This document shows positions 38,544-48,911 of a stretch of DNA of 64,000 bases, piece by piece. The DNA lies in IMG/VR virus record IMGVR_UViG_3300042882_001508; one strand, written 5' to 3'. A model generated the notes under the pieces. That model had not been told where the DNA came from, made no database searches, and saw only the letters and a list, made by a program, of their open reading frames with translations. The position numbers and the translations under genes are program-made. Source of the stretch: a virus. Numbering within the stretch: position 1 is the stretch's first letter; each line of letters begins with the position of its first letter.

Positions 38544-38828
38544 ATGAAAAAAGTTAATGTCATTGTCTATACCATGAAAGGGTGTCCTTTTTGTCAGGAC
38601 TTCAAAAAATTATTGGAAGATGAAAATATTGATTTCGTGGACAGGGACATTCACGAACACGAACAAGAATACGATACATACTCCAAAATTACTGGTAATG
38701 ATATGATTCCCGCACTTCTTATAATTGAAGGGGATGAGAAAAATCATAAGTCCTATCTTTACGCGCCAGAAAAAAACTATAATGAGTTGACCGAGGCTTT
38801 GGAATTAGTGAAAAAACACTTAGTTTAA
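38544..38828 (+). CDS. Glutaredoxin/NrdH-like redoxin
   Basis: CPFC active site near the N-terminus (YTMKGCPFCQDFKKLL), ~90 aa. This is the T4 NrdC-like class. Confidence 0.6.
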   Translation: MKKVNVIVYTMKGCPFCQDFKKLLEDENIDFVDRDIHEHEQEYDTYSKITGNDMIPALLIIEGDEKNHKSYLYAPEKNYNELTEALELVKKHLV

Positions 38829-39520
38829 AAAAGGATTAAATCTTTGTTAAGTTCTTTTACAAAATCAAATTCTTTTTCTTTGTCAATTATTGGTTCCCAC
38901 CAATCGGAGTTAATAATTTTTTTCTCGAAAATTCCATAGTTGAAAGTAAAACAATCCAATATTGAAGATTTCAGTTCTTCATTTGGTTCATCACAATTGT
39001 CCAAATACAACTTCAAATTTTCTTCATTATTTTTATAACTAATTTCAATTACTAATCTGTCCCAAGTATATTTCGATTGGAGATTATATGCAATGTGTTT
39101 TGCATAATAAAAAAGATTTTTTCCCATTTTGAATGAGTGACCAAACGGAAACTCCGATTTGAAGGTCAAAGATGTGTTTGGGATATTGCACTTGTTGGAT
39201 GACAAATCAATCGTATTGAAAAATTCGAAAGTCATTTTTTCTTTTGACTCCAATTCGGAGCCATACTCAATTAAATCAATTGTGTTTCCAATTTTAAATT
39301 TTTCGGAAACATTGGAAAACTTTTCATGAAATTCCTCTTTTATTTTGTTCAAATCCAAAACCTCCTTACTAGAAGTTTCACCTTTGACAACAAAAAAATT
39401 TTCACAATCTACCACTTCAATCACCGTTTCAGAAGTAATATTAATTTTGTTTAAAATAAATTCAGAGAATAAGTTTACCACAGATAATTTTATCTGTTGA
39501 TTCTGTCTTTCATTATTCAT
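38825..39520 (-). CDS. Hypothetical protein on the minus strand
   Basis: 231 aa ORF lying between plus-strand genes. Confidence 0.45.
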   Translation of the reverse strand: MNNERQNQQIKLSVVNLFSEFILNKINITSETVIEVVDCENFFVVKGETSSKEVLDLNKIKEEFHEKFSNVSEKFKIGNTIDLIEYGSELESKEKMTFEFFNTIDLSSNKCNIPNTSLTFKSEFPFGHSFKMGKNLFYYAKHIAYNLQSKYTWDRLVIEISYKNNEENLKLYLDNCDEPNEELKSSILDCFTFNYGIFEKKIINSDWWEPIIDKEKEFDFVKELNKDLILF

Positions 39521-39625
39521 TTAGTTATATTTATTAATTGAGATTTTTTATGTCTCGGAATTATATTCAAAAATAATGACAAGATAAATCTAATTTAAAA
39601 TATTTATTCAAGTATACACAAATAG

Positions 39626-42313
39626 ATGGGTGAAAACATTTTTATAAGACCGAGTAATAGTATTTCAAGAACAGTTGATAGAATCCCTTTTATTGATTTT
39701 ATTAACGAGGCTTCTGATGCACCACTTAGAATGAGGATTTATGACCAACTCCCAAATGGTGCTTTTAAACAAATTATCAATTTTTCCAGTAGTACAACTC
39801 CAAATGTACTGACCATAAACTCATCTGCCCAAAAATTAGAAATCTATTCCGTAAATGTTATAAATAACTTAACTATTGGTTCAACTCAAGTTATTAATGC
39901 AACAGCGGATTGGATAGGACCAACAACAGGAATAGTCGGTACACAAGGAGCAACGGGAAACAAAGGAGCTCAAGGTACTCAAGGAGCTCAAGGTAATACA
40001 GGTGCTCAAGGTTCAGTTGGTGCAAACGGCGCACAAGGTGGACAGGGAGCACAAGGTAGCATTGGACCACAAGGTTCACAAGGAACTCAAGGAGCTCAGG
40101 GTAATACTGGTGCTCAGGGCAACGTAGGACCTCAAGGAGCTCAAGGTACCAAAGGACCTTTCGGAGATACAGGTGCACAGGGAGCCGTTGGACCACAAGG
40201 TGCACAAGGACCAACTGGAGCTCAAGGAAATACAGGAGCTCAAGGACACACTGGAGCACAGGGTGCGGTTGGACCTGTTGGTGCACAAGGAAGTACTGGT
40301 GCTCAGGGAAATGTTGGTCCACAAGGTGCCACAGGTCCTACAGGAGCTCAAGGAAACACAGGTGCTCAAGGAAACACAGGAGCCCAGGGTGCCACGGGTC
40401 TTACAGGAGCTCAAGGAAACACAGGTGCTCAAGGAAACACAGGAGCCCAGGGTGCCACGGGTCCTACAGGAGCTCAAGGAAATACAGGTGCTCAAGGACT
40501 TACTGGAGCACAGGGAGCAACAGGTCCAACTGGTGCTCAAGGTCCAACCGGAGCTCAGGGTAATACTGGTGCACAAGGAGCCATAGGTACAACAGGACCA
40601 CAAGGGGATACAGGTGCACAAGGGGCCGTGGGTCCACAAGGAGCAACAGGAGATATCGGTGCGCAAGGAGCCACAGGAGCACAGGGTAATTTGGGACCAC
40701 AAGGGGCTCAGGGAATTCAAGGTACTCAGGGAAAAGTTGGTGCTCAAGGAGCGGTTGGACCACAAGGTGCAACAGGACCAACAGGACCACAAGGTGCACA
40801 AGGTGGAACCGGACATCCGGGTGCGCAAGGAGCCATAGGTCCAACAGGTCCACAAGGTGCGCAAGGAGGTACAGGACATCCTGGTGCTCAAGGTGCGTTG
40901 GGTCCAACAGGTCCACAAGGTGCACAAGGAGGGACAGGACATCCTGGTGCTCAAGGTGCTATCGGACCCGCCGGACCTACAGGATTTCAAGGAGCTACAG
41001 GACATCCTGGTGCTCAAGGTGCCACCGGACCAACAGGACCAACAGGTGCACAAGGTGCTACAGGACATCCGGGAGCTCAAGGTGCAAAAGGTTCTATTGG
41101 ACCACAGGGTGCTGGAGGTGCGACTGGAGCTCTTGGTCCAGCAGGTAACACAGGTCCAATTGGACCAACTGGTCCTCAAGGTGCAACTGGACCCATCGGG
41201 GCTACTGGTAACACAGGACCAGGGGGACCTACAGGACCTCAAGGTGCACCGGGAGCCACAGGAGCTGGTGGTAACACTGGTCCTCAAGGACCAACCGGTC
41301 CACAAGGAGCACCAGGTACCAAAGGTGCGAACGGAGCTACGGGTCCCCAAGGCCCTACAGGTCCACAAGGAGCTACAGGAGCAACGGGTGCTACTGGTGC
41401 AACTGGTCCTACTGGGCCAACTGGACCGACAGGACCGCAAGGTGCTCAAGGGGCAGCAGGAGCTAAAGGACCACAAGGTCCAACAGGAGCACAAGGTGCA
41501 ACTGGTACAGCCGGTCCCCTTGGACCACAGGGTGGACAAGGTGCACAAGGTCCTACAGGACCTCAGGGTCCTGCTGGCGGAACTGGACCTACTGGTCCTA
41601 CAGGTGCTCAAGGTGCTCAGGGAGCTACGGGTGTGACTGGTCCTACGGGACCAACAGGTCCAACAGGTGCAACGGGCTCTCAGGGAGCTCAAGGTGCAAC
41701 GGGACCTGGAAGTGTAACATGTTATTCAGCTTACATCATAGCAAGAGGTGGAAGAGGTGGTAGCTGTGCGAATGTTTGTTCTACAACTTTTACTGTAGGT
41801 CCAGTCTACACGCAAAACGCAATTTATACACCATCATCGAATAAATACTTTAGTAACACAAACTGTCAAAATTCTACTTGTGATTGGGGTGGCTTATACT
41901 CTCACGAAAATTTTAATTCTGATTGCTACACATTGAATGCGACCTGTGGTAATGGTACCTTCGATTCTGTTTGCGCCTATTCAGATGTCAATCTCAAACA
42001 AAGTATAGAGACTTTAGAAGGGGTCATGGAAAAAATCTTGGAAATAGAAACAGTTGAGTATGATTGGAATGAAAACATTGGTAAAGAAAAATATGACATA
42101 TTTGAAAAAAATAAAAAACTTCACCAAATAGGTCTAATTGCCCAAAACGTAAGGTTACATTTCCCACAGGTAGTGAAAATGGGCTCTGACGGATATTATT
42201 TTATTGATTATACAAAATTAAATGCTGTAATAGTAGAGGGAATTAAAGAACAACAATTATTTATAGAAGATATTGATAATAAACTTGAAGAATTAGAAAA
42301 AAGATTTAGCTGA
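39626..42313 (+). CDS. Collagen-like tail-fibre protein with a C-terminal peptidase-S74 intramolecular-chaperone domain
   Basis: About 590 residues of uninterrupted Gly-X-Y ([10 protein letters not shown]...). A Cys-rich ~90 aa domain comes next. From 41981 the protein reads [14 protein letters not shown]...IGLIAQNV...YTKL, the S74 autoproteolytic chaperone signature (S-D-x-x-L-K). Confidence 0.8.
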   Translation: MGENIFIRPSNSISRTVDRIPFIDFINEASDAPLRMRIYDQLPNGAFKQIINFSSSTTPNVLTINSSAQKLEIYSVNVINNLTIGSTQVINATADWIGPTTGIVGTQGATGNKGAQGTQGAQGNTGAQGSVGANGAQGGQGAQGSIGPQGSQGTQGAQGNTGAQGNVGPQGAQGTKGPFGDTGAQGAVGPQGAQGPTGAQGNTGAQGHTGAQGAVGPVGAQGSTGAQGNVGPQGATGPTGAQGNTGAQGNTGAQGATGLTGAQGNTGAQGNTGAQGATGPTGAQGNTGAQGLTGAQGATGPTGAQGPTGAQGNTGAQGAIGTTGPQGDTGAQGAVGPQGATGDIGAQGATGAQGNLGPQGAQGIQGTQGKVGAQGAVGPQGATGPTGPQGAQGGTGHPGAQGAIGPTGPQGAQGGTGHPGAQGALGPTGPQGAQGGTGHPGAQGAIGPAGPTGFQGATGHPGAQGATGPTGPTGAQGATGHPGAQGAKGSIGPQGAGGATGALGPAGNTGPIGPTGPQGATGPIGATGNTGPGGPTGPQGAPGATGAGGNTGPQGPTGPQGAPGTKGANGATGPQGPTGPQGATGATGATGATGPTGPTGPTGPQGAQGAAGAKGPQGPTGAQGATGTAGPLGPQGGQGAQGPTGPQGPAGGTGPTGPTGAQGAQGATGVTGPTGPTGPTGATGSQGAQGATGPGSVTCYSAYIIARGGRGGSCANVCSTTFTVGPVYTQNAIYTPSSNKYFSNTNCQNSTCDWGGLYSHENFNSDCYTLNATCGNGTFDSVCAYSDVNLKQSIETLEGVMEKILEIETVEYDWNENIGKEKYDIFEKNKKLHQIGLIAQNVRLHFPQVVKMGSDGYYFIDYTKLNAVIVEGIKEQQLFIEDIDNKLEELEKRFS
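40793..40985 (+). repeat. Tandem 63 nt coding repeat (about 3 copies) encoding [21 protein letters not shown]
   Basis: Three units with minor substitutions inside the first collagen-like gene. Confidence 0.7.
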
Positions 42314-44772
42314 TGCCGAATGAACTGAAGATATTTCCACAGGGTAATGCTTACGATAGTAGACCTTGGTTTTATTGGGATGATAATTCCAATCAGGTGG
42401 CGTTTTTTGTTACAGCTAGAACTTTAAATTTTTCAGCGGGAACATTTACTCAAGGTTTGATGATTGGTCCTCAAGGAGTAAGAACTTCAGGACTAACAAT
42501 TAATAACTCGGGTTTATATATTGGGGTAAATCAGATGATTAATGCATCGGGGGTATGGACGGGACCCACGGCAGGAATAGCTGGTGCTCAAGGAGCGCAA
42601 GGTGCAACAGGAGCAACAGGAAAACAAGGTGCACAAGGTACTCAAGGGGCAAACACAGGTGCTCAAGGTGCAACAGGGGCTCAAGGAGCAACAGGTGCCA
42701 AAGGAACAGCAAGCGCTGTTTCAGGACCGACAGGGGACACAGGTGCACAAGGTACACAGGGTTCCCAAGGAGCTCAGGGAGCAACTCAGGGTGCCCAAGG
42801 TGCTGTTGGATTTCAAGGTGCTCAAGGAGCTCAAGGAGACCAAGGTGCCACAGTCGGAGCTCAAGGCAAACAAGGGGCTCAAGGCGCTCAGGGTGCTCAG
42901 GGAGCCCAAGGAGCTAAACAAGGTTCTCAAGGTGCAACAGGAAATACAGGTGCTCAAGGTTCACAAGGGGCGCAAGGAGCAACCACAGGTGCCCAAGGTA
43001 ACACAGGGGCTCAGGGGGTTCAAGGTTCTCAAGGTGCACAAGGTGCGAACACGGGTGCACAAGGTAACACAGGTGCTCAAGGTGCTCAAGGCTCTCAGGG
43101 TGCACAAGGAGCAAACACAGGTGCTCAAGGAAATACAGGTGCTCAAGGTGCTCAAGGAAACATAGGTGCTCAAGGAAGTCCTATTGGTGCACAAGGAAAT
43201 ACAGGTGCACAAGGTAAGCAAGGTGCTCAAGGAGCTCAAGGCACACCGACAGGTGCACAAGGTGCAACAGGAAAGCAGGGTGCCCAAGGTTCACAAGGTG
43301 CTCAAAGTGGGGTTCAGGGTTTACAAGGTGCCCAAGGTGCTCAAGGAGCAGTCGGGAGTCAAGGTGCTCAAGGAGGAACTACAGGTGCACAAGGAGACCT
43401 TGGAGTTTTTGGTGCACAAGGTTCACAAGGTGCTCAAGGGGGAACAACGGGAGCGCAAGGTGCTACAGGACCTACAGGTGCTCAAGGTGCTCAAGGAACT
43501 CAGGGTGCGAACCAAGGTGCCCAAGGGGCTACAGGACCTACAGGTGCTCAAGGTGCTCAAGGAACTCAGGGTGCGAACCAAGGTGCTCAAGGGGCTACAG
43601 GACCGACAGGACCCACAGGAGCTCAAGGTTCTCAGGGTGCAAGCCAAGGTGCTCAAGGTGCCTTAGGTGCTCAGGGTAATCAGGGTGCTCAGGGTTCTCA
43701 AGGTGCAAACCAAGGTGCACAGGGGGCAACTGGTCCAACAGGACCAACGGGAGCACAAGGTTCTCAGGGTGCGAATACAGGAGCTCAAGGAGCTACAGGA
43801 CCAACAGGAGCTCAAGGAGCACAAGGTTCTCAGGGTGCAAGCCAAGGTGCACAGGGAGCAACGGGACCAACAGGTAACACGGGTGCACAAGGTGCTGGAC
43901 CTGGTCCGCAAGGTGCACAGGGAGCAACGGGACCAACAGGTAATACGGGTGCACAAGGTGCTGGACCTGGTCCGCAAGGTGCCCAAGGGGCAACGGGACC
44001 AACAGGTAACACGGGTGCACAAGGTGCTGGGCCTGGTCCGCAAGGTGCACAGGGAGCAACGGGACCAACAGGTAACACAGGAGCTCAAGGCGCGGGACCC
44101 GGTCCACAAGGCGCTCAAGGTGCTCCAGGTGGTACAGGACCACAAGGAGCTACTGGTGCTCAGGGTACTCAGGGGTCAGGACCTGGTCCTATAGGACCGC
44201 AAGGAGCACAAGGTGCTCAAGGTGCTGCAAGTGGAACTGCGGGTGCACCAGGACCAACAGGACCTACAGGTCAACCAGGACCGACAGGATTAGCGGGTTC
44301 TACAGGACCAACTGGTCCACAAGGACCTACGGGAGCTCAAGGGGCTCAAGGTGGTGGAGGTTCAACAGGTCCTACAGGTCCACAGGGACCAACAGGTGGT
44401 CAGGGAGCTCAAGGTGCTCAAGGTCCATCTTCTGATATCAGATTGAAGGATAATATTATTCCGTTAAGAGAACCTGAGAAAAAAATTAAAACAATTGAAA
44501 GTGTGTCATTTGAGTGGGATACAGAACACAGGAAAATCAAAGAACATCCCGCAATAGTTTTCAAAGAAGCTTTCACAGGTAATACCTTTGGTTTCATCGC
44601 TCAAGAAGTGGAAAAGATTATACCTGAGGTAGTAGATACCGATGACGAGGGTTATAAAAGTATGCATTACGGACCTCTTGTTAGTTTGGGACTTGCGAAT
44701 CTCAAAATAAATCAAAAACGTATAGACTCTATTTATGAGAGGATAAATAAGTTGACTGAAATAATGAAGTAA
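42313..44772 (+). CDS. Collagen-like tail-fibre protein with regularly interrupted Gly-X-Y and a C-terminal S74 chaperone domain
   Basis: The Gly repeats carry frequent single-residue insertions ([21 protein letters not shown]). The S74 domain starts at 44431 (SDIRLKDNI...GFIAQEV...HYGPL). Confidence 0.8.
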   Translation: MPNELKIFPQGNAYDSRPWFYWDDNSNQVAFFVTARTLNFSAGTFTQGLMIGPQGVRTSGLTINNSGLYIGVNQMINASGVWTGPTAGIAGAQGAQGATGATGKQGAQGTQGANTGAQGATGAQGATGAKGTASAVSGPTGDTGAQGTQGSQGAQGATQGAQGAVGFQGAQGAQGDQGATVGAQGKQGAQGAQGAQGAQGAKQGSQGATGNTGAQGSQGAQGATTGAQGNTGAQGVQGSQGAQGANTGAQGNTGAQGAQGSQGAQGANTGAQGNTGAQGAQGNIGAQGSPIGAQGNTGAQGKQGAQGAQGTPTGAQGATGKQGAQGSQGAQSGVQGLQGAQGAQGAVGSQGAQGGTTGAQGDLGVFGAQGSQGAQGGTTGAQGATGPTGAQGAQGTQGANQGAQGATGPTGAQGAQGTQGANQGAQGATGPTGPTGAQGSQGASQGAQGALGAQGNQGAQGSQGANQGAQGATGPTGPTGAQGSQGANTGAQGATGPTGAQGAQGSQGASQGAQGATGPTGNTGAQGAGPGPQGAQGATGPTGNTGAQGAGPGPQGAQGATGPTGNTGAQGAGPGPQGAQGATGPTGNTGAQGAGPGPQGAQGAPGGTGPQGATGAQGTQGSGPGPIGPQGAQGAQGAASGTAGAPGPTGPTGQPGPTGLAGSTGPTGPQGPTGAQGAQGGGGSTGPTGPQGPTGGQGAQGAQGPSSDIRLKDNIIPLREPEKKIKTIESVSFEWDTEHRKIKEHPAIVFKEAFTGNTFGFIAQEVEKIIPEVVDTDDEGYKSMHYGPLVSLGLANLKINQKRIDSIYERINKLTEIMK
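43846..44109 (+). repeat. Tandem 66 nt coding repeat (4 copies) encoding [22 protein letters not shown]
   Basis: Four near-identical 66 nt units. 22 aa per unit shifts the Gly register by one per repeat. Confidence 0.8.
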
Positions 44773-44773
44773 G

Positions 44774-47272
44774 ATGGCATCACCAGGAACATGTAGAATA
44801 TATAAAGTGGTTGGTGGAACCGGTGGAGGTTCATGGAGTGGACAACTCTGTGCATCTGCTACCGCGGTGAGTAGTAATGTTAACCAAGGAGTAACTCTTT
44901 ATACCCCTTGTATTAAAATAAGCTCTACATCATTTACAAACGTGACGACTACCGCTGTCGATTGTGATGGTACAGGAACAGGTGAAAATATAATAGTGGT
45001 ACCATCTCTATCATTAATGCAACTTGTAAGTAGTGCTGATACTTTCGTGAATTGGGTTTTGGAAAGTGGAGTTCTTAAATTTATACCATACAATGCATCT
45101 GAAGGAACATCCAGTCTAAGTATCCATACAACTGGTAATGTTTTGAGGTCCGATTTTGGAGTTTTCTTGGATACATCATTGAGCAATAATGCTCTAAGCC
45201 CATTAATTAATTCTACAGGGTGGTTAGGAAACAAACTGGCTCAGGGTGCACAAGGTGCACAAGGGGCTCAAGGAGACCAAGGTGCTCAGGGAAATGTTGG
45301 AGGTCAAGGTGCACAGGGAGGCCAAGGTTCTCAAGGAGCTCAAGGTTCTCAAGGGGCGGTAGGTGCTCAAGGAGTACAAGGAGCACAGGGAGCACAAGGT
45401 GCGGTTGGTGGACAAGGTTCCCAAGGAGGGACAGGTGCACAAGGAGCTCAAGGTGTGCAGGGAATAACCGGTGTTCAAGGTGCACAGGGTGGACAAGGTG
45501 CGCAGGGAGTACAAGGTGCCCAAGGGGCTCAAGGTGATATTGGTCAACCTGGAAGTCAGGGAGCACAAGGAGCCCAAGGAGGACAAGGGGCCCAAGGAGG
45601 ACAAGGTTCTCAAGGTGGTCAAGGTGCTCAAGGTGGTCAAGGTTCACAGGGTCTTACAGGTGGTCAAGGTTCACAAGGTGGTCAAGGTTCACAAGGTGGA
45701 CAAGGTGCCCAAGGTTCCAAAGGTGGACAAGGTTCACAAGGTGGTCAGGGTTCACAAGGACCCGTAGGTGCTCAAGGTTCTCAAGGAGGACAAGGTGCTC
45801 AAGGAGGACAAGGTGCTCAAGGAGGACAAGGTGCTCAAGGGGTACAAGGAGCTCAGGGTTCTCAGGGAGGTCAAGGAGCACAAGGTGCCCAAGGTGGTCA
45901 AGGTGCTCAAGGTGGTCAAGGTGCTCAAGGGGCAAAAGGAGTACAAGGTTCTCAAGGTGCTCAGGGTTCTAAAGGTGGACAAGGTGCACAAGGTGGACAA
46001 GGAACACAGGGTGCTCAAGGTGGACAAGGTGCTCAAGGTGGACAAGGTGCTCAAGGGGGTCAAGGTGCTCAAGGTGCTCAAGGTACCCAAGGTCTAACGG
46101 GAGCACAGGGTCCAGCTGGTGGTCAAGGTGCTCAAGGTGCTCAAGGACCTCAAGGTTCAACAGGTGCACAAGGACCTACAGGAGGACAAGGTGCCCAAGG
46201 TGCTCAAGGACCTCAAGGTTCAACAGGTGCTCAAGGTCCCACAGGAGGACAAGGAGCTCAAGGTGCTAAAGGGCCTCTTGGACCTACAGGTGCCCAAGGA
46301 CCTGCTGGAGGTCAAGGAGCACAAGGTGCACAGGGTCCACAAGGCGGACAGGGTGCACAAGGACCAACGGGAGGACAAGGTGCCCAAGGATTAATAGGTG
46401 GGACGGGTGGTCAAGGTGCGCAAGGACCAGCTGGTGGACAAGGTGCTCAAGGGGCTCAGGGTCCACAAGGTGGACAAGGTTCACAAGGACCAGCTGGTGG
46501 ACAAGGTGCTCAAGGGGCTCAGGGTCCACAAGGTGGACAAGGTTCACAAGGACCAGCTGGTGGACAAGGTGCTCAAGGTGCGCAGGGTCCACAAGGTGGA
46601 CAAGGTTCACAAGGACCAGCTGGTGGACAAGGTGCTCAAGGGGCTCAAGGTGGTGGAGGAGGTACTGGTGGTCAAGGAGCACAAGGTGCTACAGGACCAG
46701 CCGGACCAACAGGTCTTACAGGTTTCCAAGGAGCTCAAGGGCCAGGGGGTGGTCAAGGAGCACAAGGCCCAACAGGAGCAACTGGTGCGCAAGGTGCCCA
46801 AGGTGCTAAAGGTCCAATTGGACCTACAGGTTCACCTGGGGGAACAGGAGCTCAAGGTGCACAAGGGCCAGTAGGACCTACAGGTCCCCAAGGTCCAGCA
46901 GGTGGAACGGGACCTCAAGGTGCTCAGGGTGCTCAGGGTGCTACAGGACCCTCGGACTATAGGGTAAAGAATAACATTCAGCGGATAGAGAATGTTTTAC
47001 CTAAAGTTTTGAAGTTGAGAGGTGTTTCTTTTGAATGGAAAAATGTTGATACCAAAACACATGGTCCTGTATCAAGTGACATCGGATTTATTGCCCAAGA
47101 AATTCAACAAATTTTCCCTGAACTTGTATTCAAAAAGAATCACAAGGACTCTCATTATATGGTGAAATACTCTGAAGTTATTGCTTTATGTTTGGAGGCA
47201 ATAAAAGAACAATCCCTATTGTTAGATGAAAAAGAGGAAAGACTTGAAAAACTTGAAATGAAAGTTAAGTAA
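44774..47272 (+). CDS. Collagen-like tail-fibre protein with a C-terminal S74 chaperone domain
   Basis: About 570 residues of uninterrupted Gly-X-Y that are GGQ/GAQ-rich. The S74 domain starts at 46952 (SDYRVKNNI...GFIAQEI). A bidirectional terminator follows the gene. Confidence 0.8.
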   Translation: MASPGTCRIYKVVGGTGGGSWSGQLCASATAVSSNVNQGVTLYTPCIKISSTSFTNVTTTAVDCDGTGTGENIIVVPSLSLMQLVSSADTFVNWVLESGVLKFIPYNASEGTSSLSIHTTGNVLRSDFGVFLDTSLSNNALSPLINSTGWLGNKLAQGAQGAQGAQGDQGAQGNVGGQGAQGGQGSQGAQGSQGAVGAQGVQGAQGAQGAVGGQGSQGGTGAQGAQGVQGITGVQGAQGGQGAQGVQGAQGAQGDIGQPGSQGAQGAQGGQGAQGGQGSQGGQGAQGGQGSQGLTGGQGSQGGQGSQGGQGAQGSKGGQGSQGGQGSQGPVGAQGSQGGQGAQGGQGAQGGQGAQGVQGAQGSQGGQGAQGAQGGQGAQGGQGAQGAKGVQGSQGAQGSKGGQGAQGGQGTQGAQGGQGAQGGQGAQGGQGAQGAQGTQGLTGAQGPAGGQGAQGAQGPQGSTGAQGPTGGQGAQGAQGPQGSTGAQGPTGGQGAQGAKGPLGPTGAQGPAGGQGAQGAQGPQGGQGAQGPTGGQGAQGLIGGTGGQGAQGPAGGQGAQGAQGPQGGQGSQGPAGGQGAQGAQGPQGGQGSQGPAGGQGAQGAQGPQGGQGSQGPAGGQGAQGAQGGGGGTGGQGAQGATGPAGPTGLTGFQGAQGPGGGQGAQGPTGATGAQGAQGAKGPIGPTGSPGGTGAQGAQGPVGPTGPQGPAGGTGPQGAQGAQGATGPSDYRVKNNIQRIENVLPKVLKLRGVSFEWKNVDTKTHGPVSSDIGFIAQEIQQIFPELVFKKNHKDSHYMVKYSEVIALCLEAIKEQSLLLDEKEERLEKLEMKVK
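46424..46650 (+). repeat. Tandem 63 nt coding repeat (about 3.5 copies) encoding [21 protein letters not shown]
   Basis: Near-identical units inside the third collagen-like gene. Confidence 0.75.
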
Positions 47273-47277
47273 AAAAA

Positions 47278-47305
47278 GAAAGGGGTTTTTTTAAACCCCT
47301 TTTAT
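47278..47305. terminator. Bidirectional intrinsic terminator between the convergent fibre gene and the minus-strand cassette
   Basis: aaaaaaag-aaaggggttt-tttt-aaacccctttt. The hairpin has an A-run on the 5' side and a T-run on the 3' side. Confidence 0.6.
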
Positions 47306-48145
47306 ATTAATCTTACTTTTTGTATCTTCAATTGATTTGTATAACATAGTCAAAAATCTCGGCCAAATTTTTGGGTTATGTTTCTTAATAAGTTCCACAT
47401 AGGTCAAATAATAAGGTTCATTACCCTCTCTCGCCGAAATAAAATCTGAAAGACCAGGATTTACAGTCGCAATGTCACTTAAAGACTTTGAAATTCTATT
47501 TTCCAATACCTCTTCATCATTAACTCTCCTTAAAATGTCCAAAGAAAGTTTGGAAAGTTTTTCGCCATTGGCAAAATAATTCAGAATGTTATCCAAGCTT
47601 TGGACCAAATACTTTTTATTTTCAGGATTTTTTAACATCAAGGTTCTTCTATCCATCTCAAGTTCCAAACCTTCCAAAAACTCATTTGAAATTGCTCTGA
47701 ATTCGATTGGATGACCCCAATACTTCTCATCACTTTTCTCGTCGTAAGTAAGACTGTATTTCGGGCTGAATTTTGTAGATTGACTAGGGTCCGTGGCGTG
47801 AAGCATTTCGTGGTAAATTGTAAGGTATAAGTTTCTTCTCGAAACATATTCTTTTGGTTGTAATTCCATTACAAAATCCATCGGGTCTCTCGACTCTTTT
47901 GGGTTGGTATCCATATAACCCAAATAAGGAAGTCTTGGGTTGATTATTACTTTCACATAACCATCAACACCGTCAGAAGTTTTAAATGGAAATCCGTCAA
48001 CAAGAGTTTTTCTTGTAAACTTTTTATCTCTCATACTCCACAATCTATCAGCTAAATCTTGAATGTAGAAATTTAGTTCAGGGTCCATTTTGAACCTTGA
48101 TGCTTCAGTTAGAATAGAAGTTAATATGTTTAATATTTTAGGCAT
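47291..48145 (-). CDS. HExxH-motif protein (putative metallopeptidase-like)
   Basis: LYLTIYHEMLHATD contains HEMLH. Confidence 0.45.
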   Translation of the reverse strand: MPKILNILTSILTEASRFKMDPELNFYIQDLADRLWSMRDKKFTRKTLVDGFPFKTSDGVDGYVKVIINPRLPYLGYMDTNPKESRDPMDFVMELQPKEYVSRRNLYLTIYHEMLHATDPSQSTKFSPKYSLTYDEKSDEKYWGHPIEFRAISNEFLEGLELEMDRRTLMLKNPENKKYLVQSLDNILNYFANGEKLSKLSLDILRRVNDEEVLENRISKSLSDIATVNPGLSDFISAREGNEPYYLTYVELIKKHNPKIWPRFLTMLYKSIEDTKSKINIKGV

Positions 48146-48911
48146 TTAAGTCAGTTCTCCAATCAATAGGTATGCTCTTTGTATACATTTTGGAGGCATA
48201 CTTCTGAAATGTGTCTTTAAATTTTATTACATATTTTTTTATTTCCTTTATACTCGTCAAAGGGGCTTCAATCCCTGTAGATAAATAGGCTTGAATCTCA
48301 TCATCTATCACGTTTGGTCCATAACCCATTTTGGCAATCTTGTTTCTCAAAGGCTCCTCAACAAAATCAGGAAGTTCATCTATATTCATAGTCTGTTCTG
48401 CTTTATATTGGGGGGATGAAAACCACAGACCGTGTGCGAGTTCGTGTTGAATTAAAGAAGCGTCCTCACCATTTTCTTGGTCAATTCCAATAAGATAAAA
48501 CTTATCTCCTCCAACCTTTGATTTGATTGTATCAACAATACTGAACATTATTAAGTCGTAAAAATTAATGTCAGGGATTAGAGCCATACACGATTCAATT
48601 GAATCACAAGGGATATTATATCCAGCCCAATCTTCATGATATGTTAAGATGTCATTCTTTGTTTTTCTTTTGTAATAATCTACAAACTCTGTCCACTTGA
48701 AACCTTTCCCTCTGAAAGTATCCGAGTCAGATTCATAAAACTCTTGATACCTCATAAACACTCTCCCTCTCAATTTATTGTCTTTAATAACAACGGCATA
48801 TATTCTCGGATAGACCTCAAATAATTTAATTTGAGATAGTAAGTTACCTATGTACTTCGGTGGGGTTTTGGAAGGGCTCCTCGATATTTCTTTCAAATAA
48901 TTTTTCATCAA
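48138..48911 (-). CDS. HExxH-motif protein (putative metallopeptidase-like)
   Basis: SLIQHELAHGLW contains HELAH. Confidence 0.45.
   Translation of the reverse strand: MMKNYLKEISRSPSKTPPKYIGNLLSQIKLFEVYPRIYAVVIKDNKLRGRVFMRYQEFYESDSDTFRGKGFKWTEFVDYYKRKTKNDILTYHEDWAGYNIPCDSIESCMALIPDINFYDLIMFSIVDTIKSKVGGDKFYLIGIDQENGEDASLIQHELAHGLWFSSPQYKAEQTMNIDELPDFVEEPLRNKIAKMGYGPNVIDDEIQAYLSTGIEAPLTSIKEIKKYVIKFKDTFQKYASKMYTKSIPIDWRTDLNA

Noticed and set aside
39894-46874. Many 60-540 aa ORFs on the opposite strand and in alternate frames inside the three collagen-like genes (e.g. 40076..41692, 40173..40586, 42584..43165, 43667..44194, 45224..45640, 45768..46097).
   Set aside because: They are reading-frame artefacts of the GGT/GCT/CAA-rich Gly-X-Y coding repeat and give low-complexity Leu/His/Lys/Val or Cys/Ser/Thr-rich translations. 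The collagen frame is the only one with start, defined domains and an S74 C-terminus.
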